A DNA stretch of 64,000 nt from the NCBI GenBank assembly GCA_951406725.2, contig OX597835.1, forward strand, positions 26,722,001 to 26,786,000, given 5' to 3'. The notes below the pieces were generated by a model. It worked only from the letters and a program-made list of their open reading frames with translations. It searched no databases and was not told where the DNA came from. Both the position numbers and the translations under genes were made by a program. This DNA comes from Octopus vulgaris (lineage: Eukaryota). Positions 1 through 14,969 of the stretch are shown here, piece by piece; within the stretch, counting starts at the first letter, position 1; every line of letters starts with the position of its first letter.

Positions 1-32
<32 letters not shown>

Positions 33-44
33 CATATATCATAT

Positions 45-258
45 GGTAACAGCCTTAGGGCTGAAACGTATGAAAGAATGATAGATCGCTAGCCCACTGC
101 ACATTCTTTATTTTCTCTCCTTGTTTCTTTCTGTATTCCTCTCTGTAGAAGAGCGTAGGCTCGAAACGTTAAAGACTTTTTAACTTATCGAGCGTTATAT
201 CAATACATCTGTTTGTTGTCTACGCCACCTTTTGTTTTTTTTGTGTGAATCCTCCCTA
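45..258 (+). mobile_element. PLE terminal-repeat-like short element with minimal hammerhead motifs, in (TA)n
   Basis: 143-170 reads CTGTAGA-A-GAGC-GTAG-GCTC-GAAACGTT. 51-70 is a second 3' half, AGCC-TTAG-GGCT-GAAACGTA. Similar to copies at 31860-32040, 32140-32325 and 57500-57690. Confidence 0.6.
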
Positions 259-493
259 AAGATATATATATATATATGGAGTTAAACGCAGGTGTTATTC
301 AAAGATTTGAATAACACCTACGCTTAACTCCATTTATTTATTTATCTATATCATACCAAAACATAAGTAAGCGGGTACATCCTTGGTAATTATGTGAATT
401 TTTACTACCACAAACATGGTAACTATATTATTATATATATTATATATATATATCTATATGTAAATACTGATAATAATATATAATATATATATG

Positions 494-525
<32 letters not shown>

Positions 526-569
526 CATATATATACATATATATATATACATATATATGTATGTATATA

Positions 570-608
<39 letters not shown>

Positions 609-864
609 TCGAAACACGGAGTAGACGAAAGAGAGGCGGCTGAAGAAGGGGAACTTTCCTTGTGTTGTATGTCTTGTACTCTGTTTCTTCGTTGTTTAAA
701 AAAATGTCCGTTTCCATGGTTTTGTTATGTTTTCGTTTCTCATTGTGTCCGACGGTTTTTTTGGGGTGGGGGGGTCCTGTACCCATATATCCATGTATAT
801 ATACATATAGATGTAGTTACGTACATATATGTATGTATATATGCATATGTTGTATTTATTATTT

Positions 865-897
<33 letters not shown>

Positions 898-917
898 ACA
901 CATATATATACTTTTAA

Positions 918-1209
918 TCTTCTATTCTTTTACCTGTTTCAGTGACTTTACAGCAGCCATGCTGGAGCACCGCCTCAAAGAGTTTTAATCGAAGAAACCG
1001 AAGACAGGACTTATTCTTTGAAAGCCAAGTATTTAGTATATCGGTCTCGTAGCCGAACCGCTAATGTTACCGGGACATAAACATATCAGCATCGGTTGTC
1101 AAACGATGGCTGTGGCGGGGACAAACACAGAAACACACACATAACTACACACACACGCACACACATACACACACACACATATATATATGTATGTATGTAT
1201 ATATATATA

Positions 1210-1248
<39 letters not shown>

Positions 1249-1257
1249 ATGTGTGTG

Positions 1258-1302
<45 letters not shown>

Positions 1303-1417
1303 ATTTAGACACAAACCGGTGTTATATTCATGTTTACTTATTCCATCAATAGTGAAAAGTTATTATCTATAATAACCACATAGAAATTAATTAAATATTC
1401 CCTAACTGTTAATAATA

Positions 1418-1493
<76 letters not shown>

Positions 1494-1665
1494 AAGGGCT
1501 TCTTACAGTTTCTGTTGACAAGATCCACTCACAAGACTTTGATCTGCCCTGTGGCTATAGTTCAAGGCATTAATACATATTTAATATATTTAATATTTAT
1601 ATATATATAATATACATACATATATATGGGAAACAATACAGACTGAACCAGGAACCGTGTGGTGT
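918..1665 (-). mobile_element. SINE family A (octopus-type tRNA-derived SINE with internal TA/CA microsatellite), degenerate and interrupted
   Basis: 3' half at 918-1140 and 5' pieces at 1494-1560 and 1640-1665 match the full copies at 33640-34072 and 39450-39860. Confidence 0.75.
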
Positions 1666-1714
1666 GTGTGTGTGTGTGTGTAAGATATATATATATATTA
1701 TACATATACAGAAC

Positions 1715-2529
<815 letters not shown>

Positions 2530-2865
2530 ATGTCATTTCTAAAACTTAATAGAATCTAGAGACACTATTTTATTGTTTTTTCAACATCTGTTTTGAAACT
2601 GACGTCCGTTCTGGTCCAGGCACAGCTGACAACACGAAAGAATGGAATGTAAACCACGAAACAATGAAATCGTAAACATCACGAAGCAATTTTTTTGGCT
2701 TTTGTGTGCATTCTCGTTCAATGGCTGCTCTCAAATCAGTGACTGTTGCAGGTTTCATAGCATAGTTTTTGTCTTTTAGGTATCCCCATAAAAAAAAATG
2801 TCTAGTGGTTTGAGGGCTGGTGAACGCGAAGAGTATTGAAGGAAACCCCTGGGTCCAATTCATGT
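2530..2865 (-). mobile_element. Tc1/mariner-superfamily transposase C-terminal fossil
   Basis: Translation FFLWGYLKDKNYAMKPATVTDLRAAIERECTQ matches the 'PLDFFLWGYLK..VY' C-terminus of Tc1/mariner-type transposases. Confidence 0.8.
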
Positions 2866-3019
2866 TTATTCTCCAAGACCTCTCAAGGAAGGATCTAACG
2901 TTGCGACATATATCTTGTCTTAACCAGAGATAAAAACTTAATCAGTTTCATCTTCAAAGTCTAACACAGATTTTGACAGACAAAATTCTCACAATTTCTC
3001 AACGACATGGACAAGTCAC

Positions 3020-3290
3020 AAAGCACACATCACAGTGGTCCAATATTCTCTTGTGTTAACCACAACACAGTAATTTCGGACAATTCCTTATGATGTAGGT
3101 GATACCTTCGGTGTTAACTCCACAAAGTCTGCATCGGTTCTCACATTTTACTGTCTTTCCCGCATCGCTATTCCTTTTGTTTTTCAGGGTGCTTGGTTGA
3201 TATTTCCTGTTCCTGGATTGCAAACGCATACGCTTCAAAATGGGAGGGGGGTAGTAATCCGGTGGTTGGTCCATGATAAACTGCTTTGAT
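3020..3290 (-). mobile_element. RLE-type (R4/Dong-like) non-LTR retrotransposon fragment
   Basis: Frameshifted SHFEAYAFAIQEQEISTK ... CENRCRLCGVNTEGITYIIRNCPKL, the zinc-knuckle region preceding a restriction-like endonuclease. Confidence 0.7.
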
Positions 3291-3329
3291 GATCAATGTT
3301 ACTATCATCTCCGAGCTTTCTACTGACAT

Positions 3330-3412
3330 ATGTATGTATGCATGTATGCATGTATGTATGTATGTATGTATGCATGCATGTATGTATGTATGTATGTATG
3401 TATGTATGTATG

Positions 3413-3444
<32 letters not shown>

Positions 3445-3622
3445 TGTATGTATGTATGCATGTATGTATGTATGCATGTATCATGATGATGTATGTATGT
3501 ATGTATGTATGTATGTATGCATGTACAAACATGTGTGTATTTACATAAACACACACAAACACATACACACACACATACATACATACATACATGCACATAT
3601 ACACATATATACGCATACACAA

Positions 3623-3657
<35 letters not shown>

Positions 3658-3842
3658 CATAGAGAGAAAGAAACACACATATACATACATACATACACAT
3701 GCATACATACATACATACACACATACATACATACATACATACATACATACATACATACATACATACATGCATACATACATACATACATACATACATGCAT
3801 ACATAAACATACATACATACACACATACATACATACATACAT
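3330..3842. repeat. (TATG)n flipping to (CATA)n microsatellite
   Basis: Read directly; the orientation switches at about 3520-3560. Confidence 0.9.
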
Positions 3843-4119
3843 ATTTATATATTTGTTTGTTTATTCCGGTTGGCAACATTTCCTCTATTGTGCAAATGAG
3901 ACCGAACAATTTAGCTCTGCCCGATTTTGTGGATAATATTATAAATAACTGTGAGTTAGTATTCCGTCCCTGGCCAGGACAGGTGGTCAATAATCGATTT
4001 CTGACGAGAGATTAATAAAACTTGTGACTAGTCAAATCTATCTCTCTATCTGTTTGCACTTAGTGAAAGAAATAAATCGTGGTTTCAATATGGTATCTAC
4101 ATTTGATCACGAGGCTATA

Positions 4120-4335
4120 AAATATTTATTTCTTTATTGCCCACATGGGGCCAAACATAGGACAAGCAAGTACAGACAAAGAGATTAAGTTGATTACATC
4201 GACCCCAGAGCGTAACTGGTACCCAATGAAAGGCGTTACTGGTACTTATTAAATACCTATCGACCCCGAAAGGCTGAAAGGCAAACAAACGGATTAAGTC
4301 AATTTTATCCGCGGCGGAATTTTCAGACTCAAAAC
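4120..4335 (-). mobile_element. SINE family B (core GCCTTTCATCCTTTCGGGGTCGATAAA..AAGTACCAG)
   Basis: Reverse complement matches the copies at 55311-55890. Further copies at 7240-7412, 14775-14970, 24025-24245, 28262-28375 and 30570-30700. Confidence 0.75.
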
Positions 4336-7300
4336 TCAGAAATGTTCGTATTGGAGATTCCGGCGCATACACCAAAGAGTACAGCACATCGTTTCCAAAT
4401 TTCTCGCAGAGTGAATTGCGCCATAGTGTTGTTTTTCTATCACTCACCATCACTCACTCACACTCATATTCACTCATCATATTCACATTCATTCAACTCA
4501 TAATATTCACACATGTTTTTCTATACATATCACATTCACTCATTCACACATACATACACACTCATTTACTGTAGACATTACTACATTCACTCACCACTTA
4601 CACTCATACACATTCATTTGCATTCCCACAATCTAAGCACTCATACATTACACATTCACTCATCATTCGCTCATTTTCATATTTTTATAGACTCATCATA
4701 CTTATCACACACACATACAATATACATACACACACACACACCAATATAATATATACATCACACACTATACATCCATGTTTATACAGACTCATAATATTTC
4801 TTCTCACTCACATACATTGCACACATTCACCACACTCATACACACATAGCGCAGAACATGATTACACTACTCCCTAGTGCTGGGGTGTTTGTGCTTATCT
4901 TTTTTTTTTTTGGTTTGTTTTCTGGTGGTGTGAATAGAACATCTCAACAACGGATCTTATATTTCCAAGACCCTCCATAATCATGCTGTCACTCTCACTC
5001 TGACAAGACTCAACTTGCTTATTATTCAGCTGGCAGTTGTACAGGAAGTAGTCGCTGCTGTCTCTCCGTCAGTTCTCACATTGACTAGACCAACTCATTC
5101 AGTGGTCTAGTGCTGGAGATGACAGGGACTCACTCTCTCACTCATTCTACTCACCAAACACCAATATGAGATCTCTCTCGGGGTAAATATTGCACTTCTC
5201 ACAAAAGACTCATTAGTGTGAATATTGATAACCATTTCTCTGCTCAAGGCACTGTCAATTTCGTTCACTGGCCTATCGATTTCTCACTCACTGATCTCGG
5301 CGGAATTTGAACTCAGACAAAAAGACGGATAAAATACTGAAGTATTTTGTCCGGCGACTTCTGCCATCACCCCTCTTGTGCCTCACTGTCGATCAATTAA
5401 ACTCAAAATTCACGGAGAACTTATGTATTTCATTATGATCATTCGTGTCACTTGTCGCACGATCGATTTCCCACCCCACTTCTTTTAGCAAACATCATTT
5501 ATCTTGCTCAGTTCACTCAGCTGTGGAAATGAGTTGTGACGTCACTGGTGCCAAGCTGTATCGGCTCTCCCTTTTTTCTCACATACTAGACTGGTTTACT
5601 GCGCTCATTCACTCATTCATTCTTCTAACTCTACTTCCCATATTACTCGCATCTAATACTCACACTAAAATCACATCATTCATATTTGTCTACAATCATC
5701 ATACATAGATCACACTCATTCATATGTCACACACACTTTATTCACGTTATTCATATTCACTCACACTTCTCCATGCATACATCACACACAAATTTTACTG
5801 CACATTTGCTCATACGTCAGTCTATTCTGTACAGAGGAGATATTAATGGCACTCTGCTTCCAGCATTTCCTTTGCAGCCAACACAGGTCAACGCAGATCA
5901 ACATGGTTTCAACAGCGGATTTAAGATTTATAATATGGTATTATACAAAGACAAAGATTCATTAAATATTAATATTATAATACATTACATTATTATTAAT
6001 CGTTATTTTTATTATTATTATTATTATAATTATCATCATTATCATATATTATATTATATATTATTATTATTATTATTATTATCCTCATTATTCATATATA
6101 TATACTATTATTACTGAATTATAACTATTATATTATACATTGTATCAACATCACACTATTATATATACTTATTCATATTATATTATATTATATTATTACA
6201 ATCATCACTTATTCATTTATTATACTCATTCACTAATCATTATATTATGTTATGTATTTCATTATTATTATTATGTCATTCGTTAGATCGATTTCCATTA
6301 TATGTTTATTTTTATTATTATTGCACTCATTCTTATTCTGCACATTATTATTATTAAATACCCTAGACTTTTGTTATATATATATATCACACTCATTATT
6401 CATCCATTCATTTAGTCGCTCATTCACTCATTCATTCATTCTAACTAGAACTTACTTTAATTACTCGTTCATTCTTTAATCACTCATTCATTTTTGACTA
6501 ACCCTTACTGTAGACGCTGGCTCATTCACTCACCCTTGCACTCAAGCTCTCTCGCTGATACACTCCTTCTCCCATGCATTGCCACACAAATTCCAACACT
6601 CGCTCTTTCTCACTCACATCATTCACTCTTTCGCTCCAGTATTTATTAGCGACAGAGGCAGTATCAATATCGACAGGTAATACTTATCCCGGCGCTGGAG
6701 GTGGTGAGTGCTTATCTCCCCGTCAACGATATCAGCAATTTTGTACCAGAAAGCCAATATAAGAGTTTATCCCATGGTAGCTACCACAGTATAGCTTGTT
6801 CTAATAGAACATCCATGTTTAAGTGGGGATAGATTTTTACCTATTCGTATTAATACTGCCTCTGTCACTAATATATATATTTTTAACAAGTCCAATGACT
6901 AATTGCAATTCCAGCACCTGTTCTGGCACTGTTATTCTATACATCGCTGGCAGGGAGGTGAGTCGCTGCTGTCTCTAGCCGTCAGTTGTCCATCATTGAC
7001 TAGACCAAGGACGGTCGAAATTACGTAAACTGGTGGTCTCGGTGCTGGAGATGACAGGGACTTATCTCCCCTGCTAGCAATACAAACAAGAATGCATTTT
7101 GCACCAAAAGCCAATATGAGAGTCTCTCTCGGGGTAAATATTGCAGTATAGTCTGTTCTGACACAAAAGCCACATTTAAGTGGGAATAAACATTAGTACA
7201 CTGAATAGATAACCATTTCTGCCATATGCTCAAGGCCTGTAATTTCGTTGGGGAAGGTCGTGGCCAGTCGATTTCATTGATCCCAGAGCTCAACTGGTGC

Positions 7301-7527
7301 TTGTTTTATCGGCAAACTCGATCTCGGCGGAATTTGAACTCAGGACAAAAAGACGGATAAAATACCGCTAAGTATTTTGTCCGGCGAGCTAACGATTCTG
7401 AAAGTTCTCCACCTTAGAAACACTGGAAAATTCTTTAGTCACATTGAAGCGATGAAGAGGAACTCTTCAGTCGCACTAAACGCGAGAGCTAAAACTGACT
7501 ACGATCATATCGACTAACAACAGCTTG

Positions 7528-8180
7528 AGGCGCATGGAACCGTGGTTAGTGCGTTGGGTTCACAGTCATCAAGTAATGAGTTCGAGTCCCGGACCGGCCT
7601 GTGTGTCGTATTCTTGAGCAAGACATCTTATTTCACGTTGCCCCAGTTCACTCAGCTGTGGAAATGAGTTGTGACGTCACTGGTGCCAAGCTGTATCGGC
7701 TCCCCCTTGCCTTTTCGGTGGATAACATCAGAGACGTGGAGAGAAGAGTCTGATATGCATGAACGACTGCTGGTCTTCCATAAACAACCTTACCCAGAGT
7801 TGTGCCTCGGAGGGTAATATTCTAGGTGCAATCCCTAAATGAAGGCACACGTTTCAGTGGCTAGAGTGTTGGGCTCACAATCATGAGGTAGTGAGTTCGA
7901 TTCCCGGAACGGGCTATGTGTTGTGCTCTTGAGCAAGACTATTTCATGTTGCTCCAGTTCACTCAGCTGTAGAAATGAGTTGTAACATCACTAGTGCCAA
8001 GCTGTATTGGCCTCATTTGCCTTTCCCGTGGATAACATCGGTGGCATAGAGAGAGGAGGTTGGTTAGCATGGGCAACTGCTGGTCTTCCATAAACAATTT
8101 TGCTCAGATTTGTGCCTCGGAGGGTAACTTTCCAGGTGCAATCCCATGGTCATTCATGACCAAAGGACTCTATACTTTAC
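7528..8180 (+). mobile_element. Head-to-tail dimer of tRNA-derived SINE family C
   Basis: Two ~310-330-bp copies (7528-7836, 7843-8180), each with an A-box-like GTGGTTAG/GTGGCTAG, a B-box GTTCGAGTCCC/GTTCGATTCCC and shared CTTGAGCAAGAC and CCAGTTCACTCAGCTGT. Confidence 0.8.
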
Positions 8181-8224
8181 CTTAAACTTAAACTTAATAA
8201 CCTATGTTCTAAAACAACAACAAA

Positions 8225-8229
8225 TTATC

Positions 8230-8307
<78 letters not shown>

Positions 8308-8327
8308 TCATCATCATCATCATCATC

Positions 8328-8381
<54 letters not shown>

Positions 8382-8421
8382 GTTGTTGTTGTTATTATTA
8401 TTATTATTATCATTATTATTA

Positions 8422-8503
<82 letters not shown>

Positions 8504-8514
8504 CATTATTATTA

Positions 8515-8546
<32 letters not shown>

Positions 8547-8586
8547 GTTGTTGTTGTTATTATTATTATTATTATCATTATTATTA

Positions 8587-8623
<37 letters not shown>

Positions 8624-8673
8624 CATTATTATTATTGTTATTATTATTATTATTATTATTATCATTATTATTA

Positions 8674-8764
<91 letters not shown>

Positions 8765-8780
8765 CAATATCATTATTATC
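8225..8780. repeat. (TAA)n/(TTA)n/(TCA)n trinucleotide array
   Basis: Read directly from sequence. Confidence 0.95.
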
Positions 8781-9042
8781 AAACACAGCGTACCTAGTAC
8801 AGCATTACTTAATGCATCCTTCCTCCCCCACGTCTAACCGCAACCAGACCCACTCTGCCCCGTCCCCACCCTTCCCCGCTTCTATCCGAATTTGGCAAAT
8901 GTCATTCAACGACGGCTCTCTCGCATTACTTCACTTCTGAACTTTTCCATCGGTTCTTTAAATGGATGTTTAGAATTACATACATGACGTAATCACAATC
9001 TACCAAAACTCCATCACAAAAACCCCGAACTATATCCGCAAG

Positions 9043-9096
<54 letters not shown>

Positions 9097-9106
9097 ATGT
9101 ATGTAA

Positions 9107-9163
<57 letters not shown>

Positions 9164-9431
9164 AATTATGCTGAAGAACAACAATGGGACGAACTGGAAA
9201 ATTCATACACAAAACATGGATATAGTACTCTTTCACACACATATATATATATTTACATACATTAACACACACACAAATGCATATGCATATATCTGTATAT
9301 ATGTATATATGTATATATGTGTGTATGTTTGTATGCGCATATACATATATATGTAATGTAGGCACGTGTTTATTTATAAATATACATGCGTGTGTCTATG
9401 TGTCTGTGTGTGTACATATATATATAAATAA

Positions 9432-9495
<64 letters not shown>

Positions 9496-9600
9496 GTGTA
9501 CACACACATATGTAAGTATATATGTATATTATGTATGTACGTATACGGTAGACACAGACGCATGGATGTATATATGTATATATATATATATATATACATA

Positions 9601-9633
<33 letters not shown>

Positions 9634-9829
9634 ATATACATACATATATACATGCGTGTGTTCGTCCCATATTTTGCTCTTATGCATTCATTTTCCACTT
9701 TGACATTTGGTGTTGCGTTCGTTCATAGATGTGAGCGAGATTGTTATTGTTGTTGTTGTTGCTAGATTAGTCGTTGTTGTTGTTGTTTTTTGCTGTTGCA
9801 ACTGGTGTTGTTGATGTTGTTTATTTGCA

Positions 9830-10290
9830 CAGTCATTCCATGATAGAGCTCAAATATAATCAAAGGCAATCGAACCGTGACCATCTACTTTTATTGAACG
9901 TATATTCTAAAACTACGGTATCTAACACTGCATTTCGTTCCTTAAGACGGTAGAGAGGAATTTGAGGAAGATTTAGCTACTACTTCTACCGTATCAAGAT
10001 GACCACGTAGAGTCTCCTAGTTTTTTTCTTTTTACATCCTCACCTCCATCCCCAAGATTAACCCTGTTAGAAATAGCAGTCAAATCCCCTTCACAAAAAA
10101 ACTGCATTGATTTAGCAATAGAAGGTCAAATGGACCAATACATAATTGATATAGGAAAATACGGGATGATGTCACGGCTGGAACGTCTTTGGTTCAACGT
10201 CGGCTGGGAATAGGGGTATCATGGTGACATGGAGTAGGGAATGGGGTTGACGTGGTGACTAAAGCAAAAACAACACCAACAATAACAATA
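9830..10290. repeat. Two opposed degenerate copies of an interspersed repeat (AGAAATAGCAG(T)CAAATC ... GCTGGAA.G.CTTT ... CTAAA.AACAAC tail)
   Basis: Shared motifs with 44070-44270 (opposite strand) and 63700-63892. Confidence 0.55.
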
Positions 10291-10548
10291 GGGATTCTGG
10301 GTACATATACTTGTTTCTATGCATTGGACTCCATCCATGGAAGGGCAGCGCCCTAAAATTGTTTACTCAAACAAATCGACCCCAAGGCTTGTTTATTCAA
10401 TTTCCACTTAGTCTGTTTGGTTTCTTTAGCGAAGCGCTAAGTCACCGAGACGTATAAACAACGCAAAAAAAAACGTCGTCAAGCTGTGAGTGGCGGATAG
10501 AAGAACAAACACGAGAACAAACACAGACGCATGTACACATACACACAC

Positions 10549-10607
<59 letters not shown>

Positions 10608-10929
10608 TACACACGCACACAATCACGGAGACAAACACACATACTACACACTCTACCCACGCAACACTCACAAGACAAACGGAGAGGATCCGGAAAAGTA
10701 CAACGACCTGCTGGCTGAAGATCATCACGATTTCGGTGCGCATATATATGTATGTGTGTATATGTATATATATTTGTGTGTGTATATATATATATATATA
10801 TATGTATATGTATATATATATATACATACATATATATACATATACATACAAATACATATATATATATATATATGCATACATATATGTATATATATGTGTG
10901 TGTGTGAGTATGTATGTATATATACATAC

Positions 10930-11098
<169 letters not shown>

Positions 11099-11529
11099 GA
11101 CACATACATATATGTATAGATTTATAATTTTATATGTTTATATATGTGTGTGAATTTTATATATACGTTATATATATGTGTGTGTGTGTGTGTGTAATAT
11201 ATATATGCATATCTATGCACGTATGTACGTACATATATGTATACGTGCGTGTGTGCGTGCGCGTGTTGCCATTCTTCAATGTTCTGCTCTTCATCTCGCA
11301 AGTCAACTCTGCAAAAATGTTTCATCCGATAAAATCCGAAGAAACAAACCAAAAACAAACCAAAAACAACAACAAAAAACAGAAAGAAAACAAACAAACA
11401 AACAAAAGAAGGCGAAGAAGACCAACAAACAAGTGAGCAGACCAATGCTTTCCTGGCTTAAACCATTCCGTTTAGGGTGATGAAAATTTCTCTGCTTAGC
11501 AACAAGGAAGCCATTTCGATCAATCAGTC

Positions 11530-11980
<451 letters not shown>

Positions 11981-12414
11981 TCAGAGACAATGCCACAACC
12001 GCCTTCCACCCCAATATCAGTAGCAACAAAAACATCGACAATGTTTGTTATTCTTTACTTACTCCGCAATAAATACGCCGCATCCGTACAGGAGAGACAA
12101 CCACAACGAATACACACGCCGCACGCACACTTATATATATATATACATAGGTGTATATATGTACATACACATTCATGTAAGTATGCACATACTGCCAGAA
12201 GATATGGATGCGTCTGTCTATGTGTGTATTCGTATATAAATGTATGCTTGAGTGTGAATGTGTGTATGTGTCTATATATATACGTATATATATATATATG
12301 CATGTATATATATATATGCATATATGCATGTATATATATATATATATGGATATGTATGTATATAGATACATATATATATATATGTGTGTATATATATATG
12401 CATATATATATACG

Positions 12415-12505
<91 letters not shown>

Positions 12506-13036
12506 TTATATATACATATATATATATGTGTGTGCGTGTGTGTGTGTGTCAGTGTGGGTGTAGGTAAGCCTTCAGGTGCAGCAGGCACCAGCTGTGCCGT
12601 GCTTCACTCCATATCACGCTGACCTGTCTTGGTTGTAGAATTCGATGGGATTGCAGTGAATGGACAGATGCCAAGTTTAATCTCTATTGCGATGCCTGGG
12701 TGGATGGGTTTATGTGGCGGTGGGGTGGGGAAGTTGGCTGGGTGTTTTAGTAACGAGAGAAGCATGAATGAGTGTATACGTGCCTGTTTGTGTGTATATA
12801 TATGTCTATATATATGTCTATATATATATACATATATATATATATATTCACATATATATATGCATATATATATATATCTATGTATATTTGTATATACACG
12901 TATACATACATATGTATATATATATATGAATAAAGAAATATGTATATATATATATATATATGTATAAATATATATCTATATCTATCTATATATATATATG
13001 TATTTATATATATACGTATATATATATGTATACATA

Positions 13037-13090
<54 letters not shown>

Positions 13091-13110
13091 CATATATATA
13101 TATATATACG

Positions 13111-13144
<34 letters not shown>

Positions 13145-13454
13145 CATGCATACATGTATATACATGTATATACATGTATATACATGTATATAAGGTACAT
13201 GTTTGCTGCATACTGAAATATATGATGCATATAAACGCATGCATGCAGGAACGTATATATATACGTTTATGTATGTATGTATGTATGGATGTATCGTAGC
13301 AAGAATGTTAAGTGGAGTAAATAAATGTAAAGTGAAAAGTTATTGTGCCAAGATGGCGAGGAAAGCGCTGAATGAGCAGCTCCAGTATGGACGCCGTTCA
13401 CTGAGTGAAGCTATTAAAAGAACCAAAAACATGTATATGAATGAATGTATGATA

Positions 13455-13546
<92 letters not shown>

Positions 13547-13687
13547 AACAGAGAGACAGACGGACAGAGTAGGAGAGAGAGACAGAGAGAGAGAGACAGG
13601 CAGTATGTGTGCAAATCAATATGTGCGTGTTTGTGTGTGTGTGTGTGTCTCGAAATGTCCTAACTAAAGCAACGTGTAGGGTAGCCA

Positions 13688-13735
<48 letters not shown>

Positions 13736-13949
13736 GTTAATGTCTGCAGTCGTGGCCAAACGTCTGGAACGTAGGTCTGAAAATTAGAATGTTTATATTC
13801 ATTACCCAAAGTTATATTTAATTTGCAATATTTTGTTGCTAATTACAGTAACATGGAGGGTAACTATAGAGATTTTATTTTAGTTACGTTTCATGCAAGT
13901 CACGTGACTTCCTGTAGATTTGTGAATTGTACTTGGACATAACAATTCC

Positions 13950-14157
13950 AATAAGTAGCTTACTTACCAACCACATGGTTCCGGGTTCAGTCCCACTACG
14001 TGGCACCTTGGGCAAGTGCCTTCTACTAGAGCCTCGGGCCGACCAAGGCCTTGTGAGTGGATTTGATAGATGGAAACTGAAAAGAAGCCCGTCGTATATA
14101 TGTATGTGTATATATATATATATGTGTGTGTATATATGTTTGTGTGTCTGTGTTTGA
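13950..14157 (+). mobile_element. SINE family A, 5' half
   Basis: CCAACCACATGGTTCCGGGTTCAGTCCCAC...GGCACCTTGGGCAAGTG...GAAGCCCGTCG. Confidence 0.85.
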
Positions 14158-14159
14158 AG

Positions 14160-14539
14160 AACAAGAACACTCAGAGAGCGCAAACCTCCGCCAAGGCAAC
14201 ACTAATGTTCTTTCAATGATCCGTGAGAGATGATTTTTATAATGAGAATAACTGAAATAAACTCGACTGCTCTCACAAAGGAGAATACTAAAATGAACCC
14301 GACTGCTTTCAAAAATTAAGTTTAAAAAAAAACCGGAAAAATAATCCAGAATACTTGTCCGGTACTGGATCGATCCCAAAATCTTATCAGCTCGTGCCCG
14401 TCACAAGGCCAAACATCCCTGAAAGTTTCATCCGAATCCATCCAGCAGTTCTTAAGGTATCTTGTCCACGGACAGACAAACAAACAAACAAACGCGACTG
14501 AAAACAATACCTCCGCCTTCGCTAAGGCGGAGGCAATAA
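14160..14539 (-). mobile_element. Non-autonomous Helentron/HINE (DINE-1-like) element
   Basis: Minus strand starts TTATTGCCTCCGCCTTAGCGAAGGCGGAGG (hairpin), then a GTTT/GTCT microsatellite. The other end has the subterminal inverted copy CCTTGGCGGAGG followed by CTCTCTGAGTG..CTTGTT. Confidence 0.7.
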
Positions 14540-14540
14540 A

Positions 14541-14775
14541 GACGCTTGGAATTGGTTGAAAAAAAACGAATTCTCAAGAAAAAAAGGGGGAGACAGACGG
14601 ATTAATGATGGCAGTTCAGAATCAAGCCTTTTGGACAAAGTGTGCAAAATGCAGGGCAGGAGTCAATGTGTCGCCATTGTGCAGATTGTGCGATGAACGA
14701 GAAGAAGCCGGAACCCACGGAGTTAATGAATGTTCTAAATTCGCTGAGAAACAGTACAACTCTTGGAGACATGAT
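14541..14775 (+). mobile_element. RLE-type (R4/Dong-like) LINE fragment
   Basis: AWNWLKK ... GLMMAVQNQAFWTK ... CRLCDEREEAGTHGVNECSKFAEKQYNSWRHD: zinc knuckle plus the RHD motif. Confidence 0.8.
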
Positions 14776-14969
14776 CGATCCCAGTGCTAGACCTTATTTT
14801 ATCGATCCTGGAGGATCGCAAAGGCAGAACTTGAACGATGAAAGTAAAGTAGCGAGTTTCGGATTTAAGCATAAGGCCAATACATACACGCAGGGTGGGA
14901 GGCATATATAATCGATACCATGGGTCCTAGTCCCCGGCTGGCTGGCTGGTACTATATTTTATCGACCTC

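Noticed and set aside
7528-7600. tRNA gene
   Set aside because: The A/B boxes continue into a SINE body that is repeated in tandem; no complete cloverleaf.
10426-10730. Signal-peptide-like [26 protein letters not shown] on the minus strand
   Set aside because: Hydrophobicity follows from GT-rich composition and the frame continues into (GT)n.
13348-13435. CAAGATGGCG start and short ORF MARKALNEQLQYGRRSLSEAIKRTKNM
   Set aside because: No clear donor or partner exon and no recognisable homology; it runs into a microsatellite.
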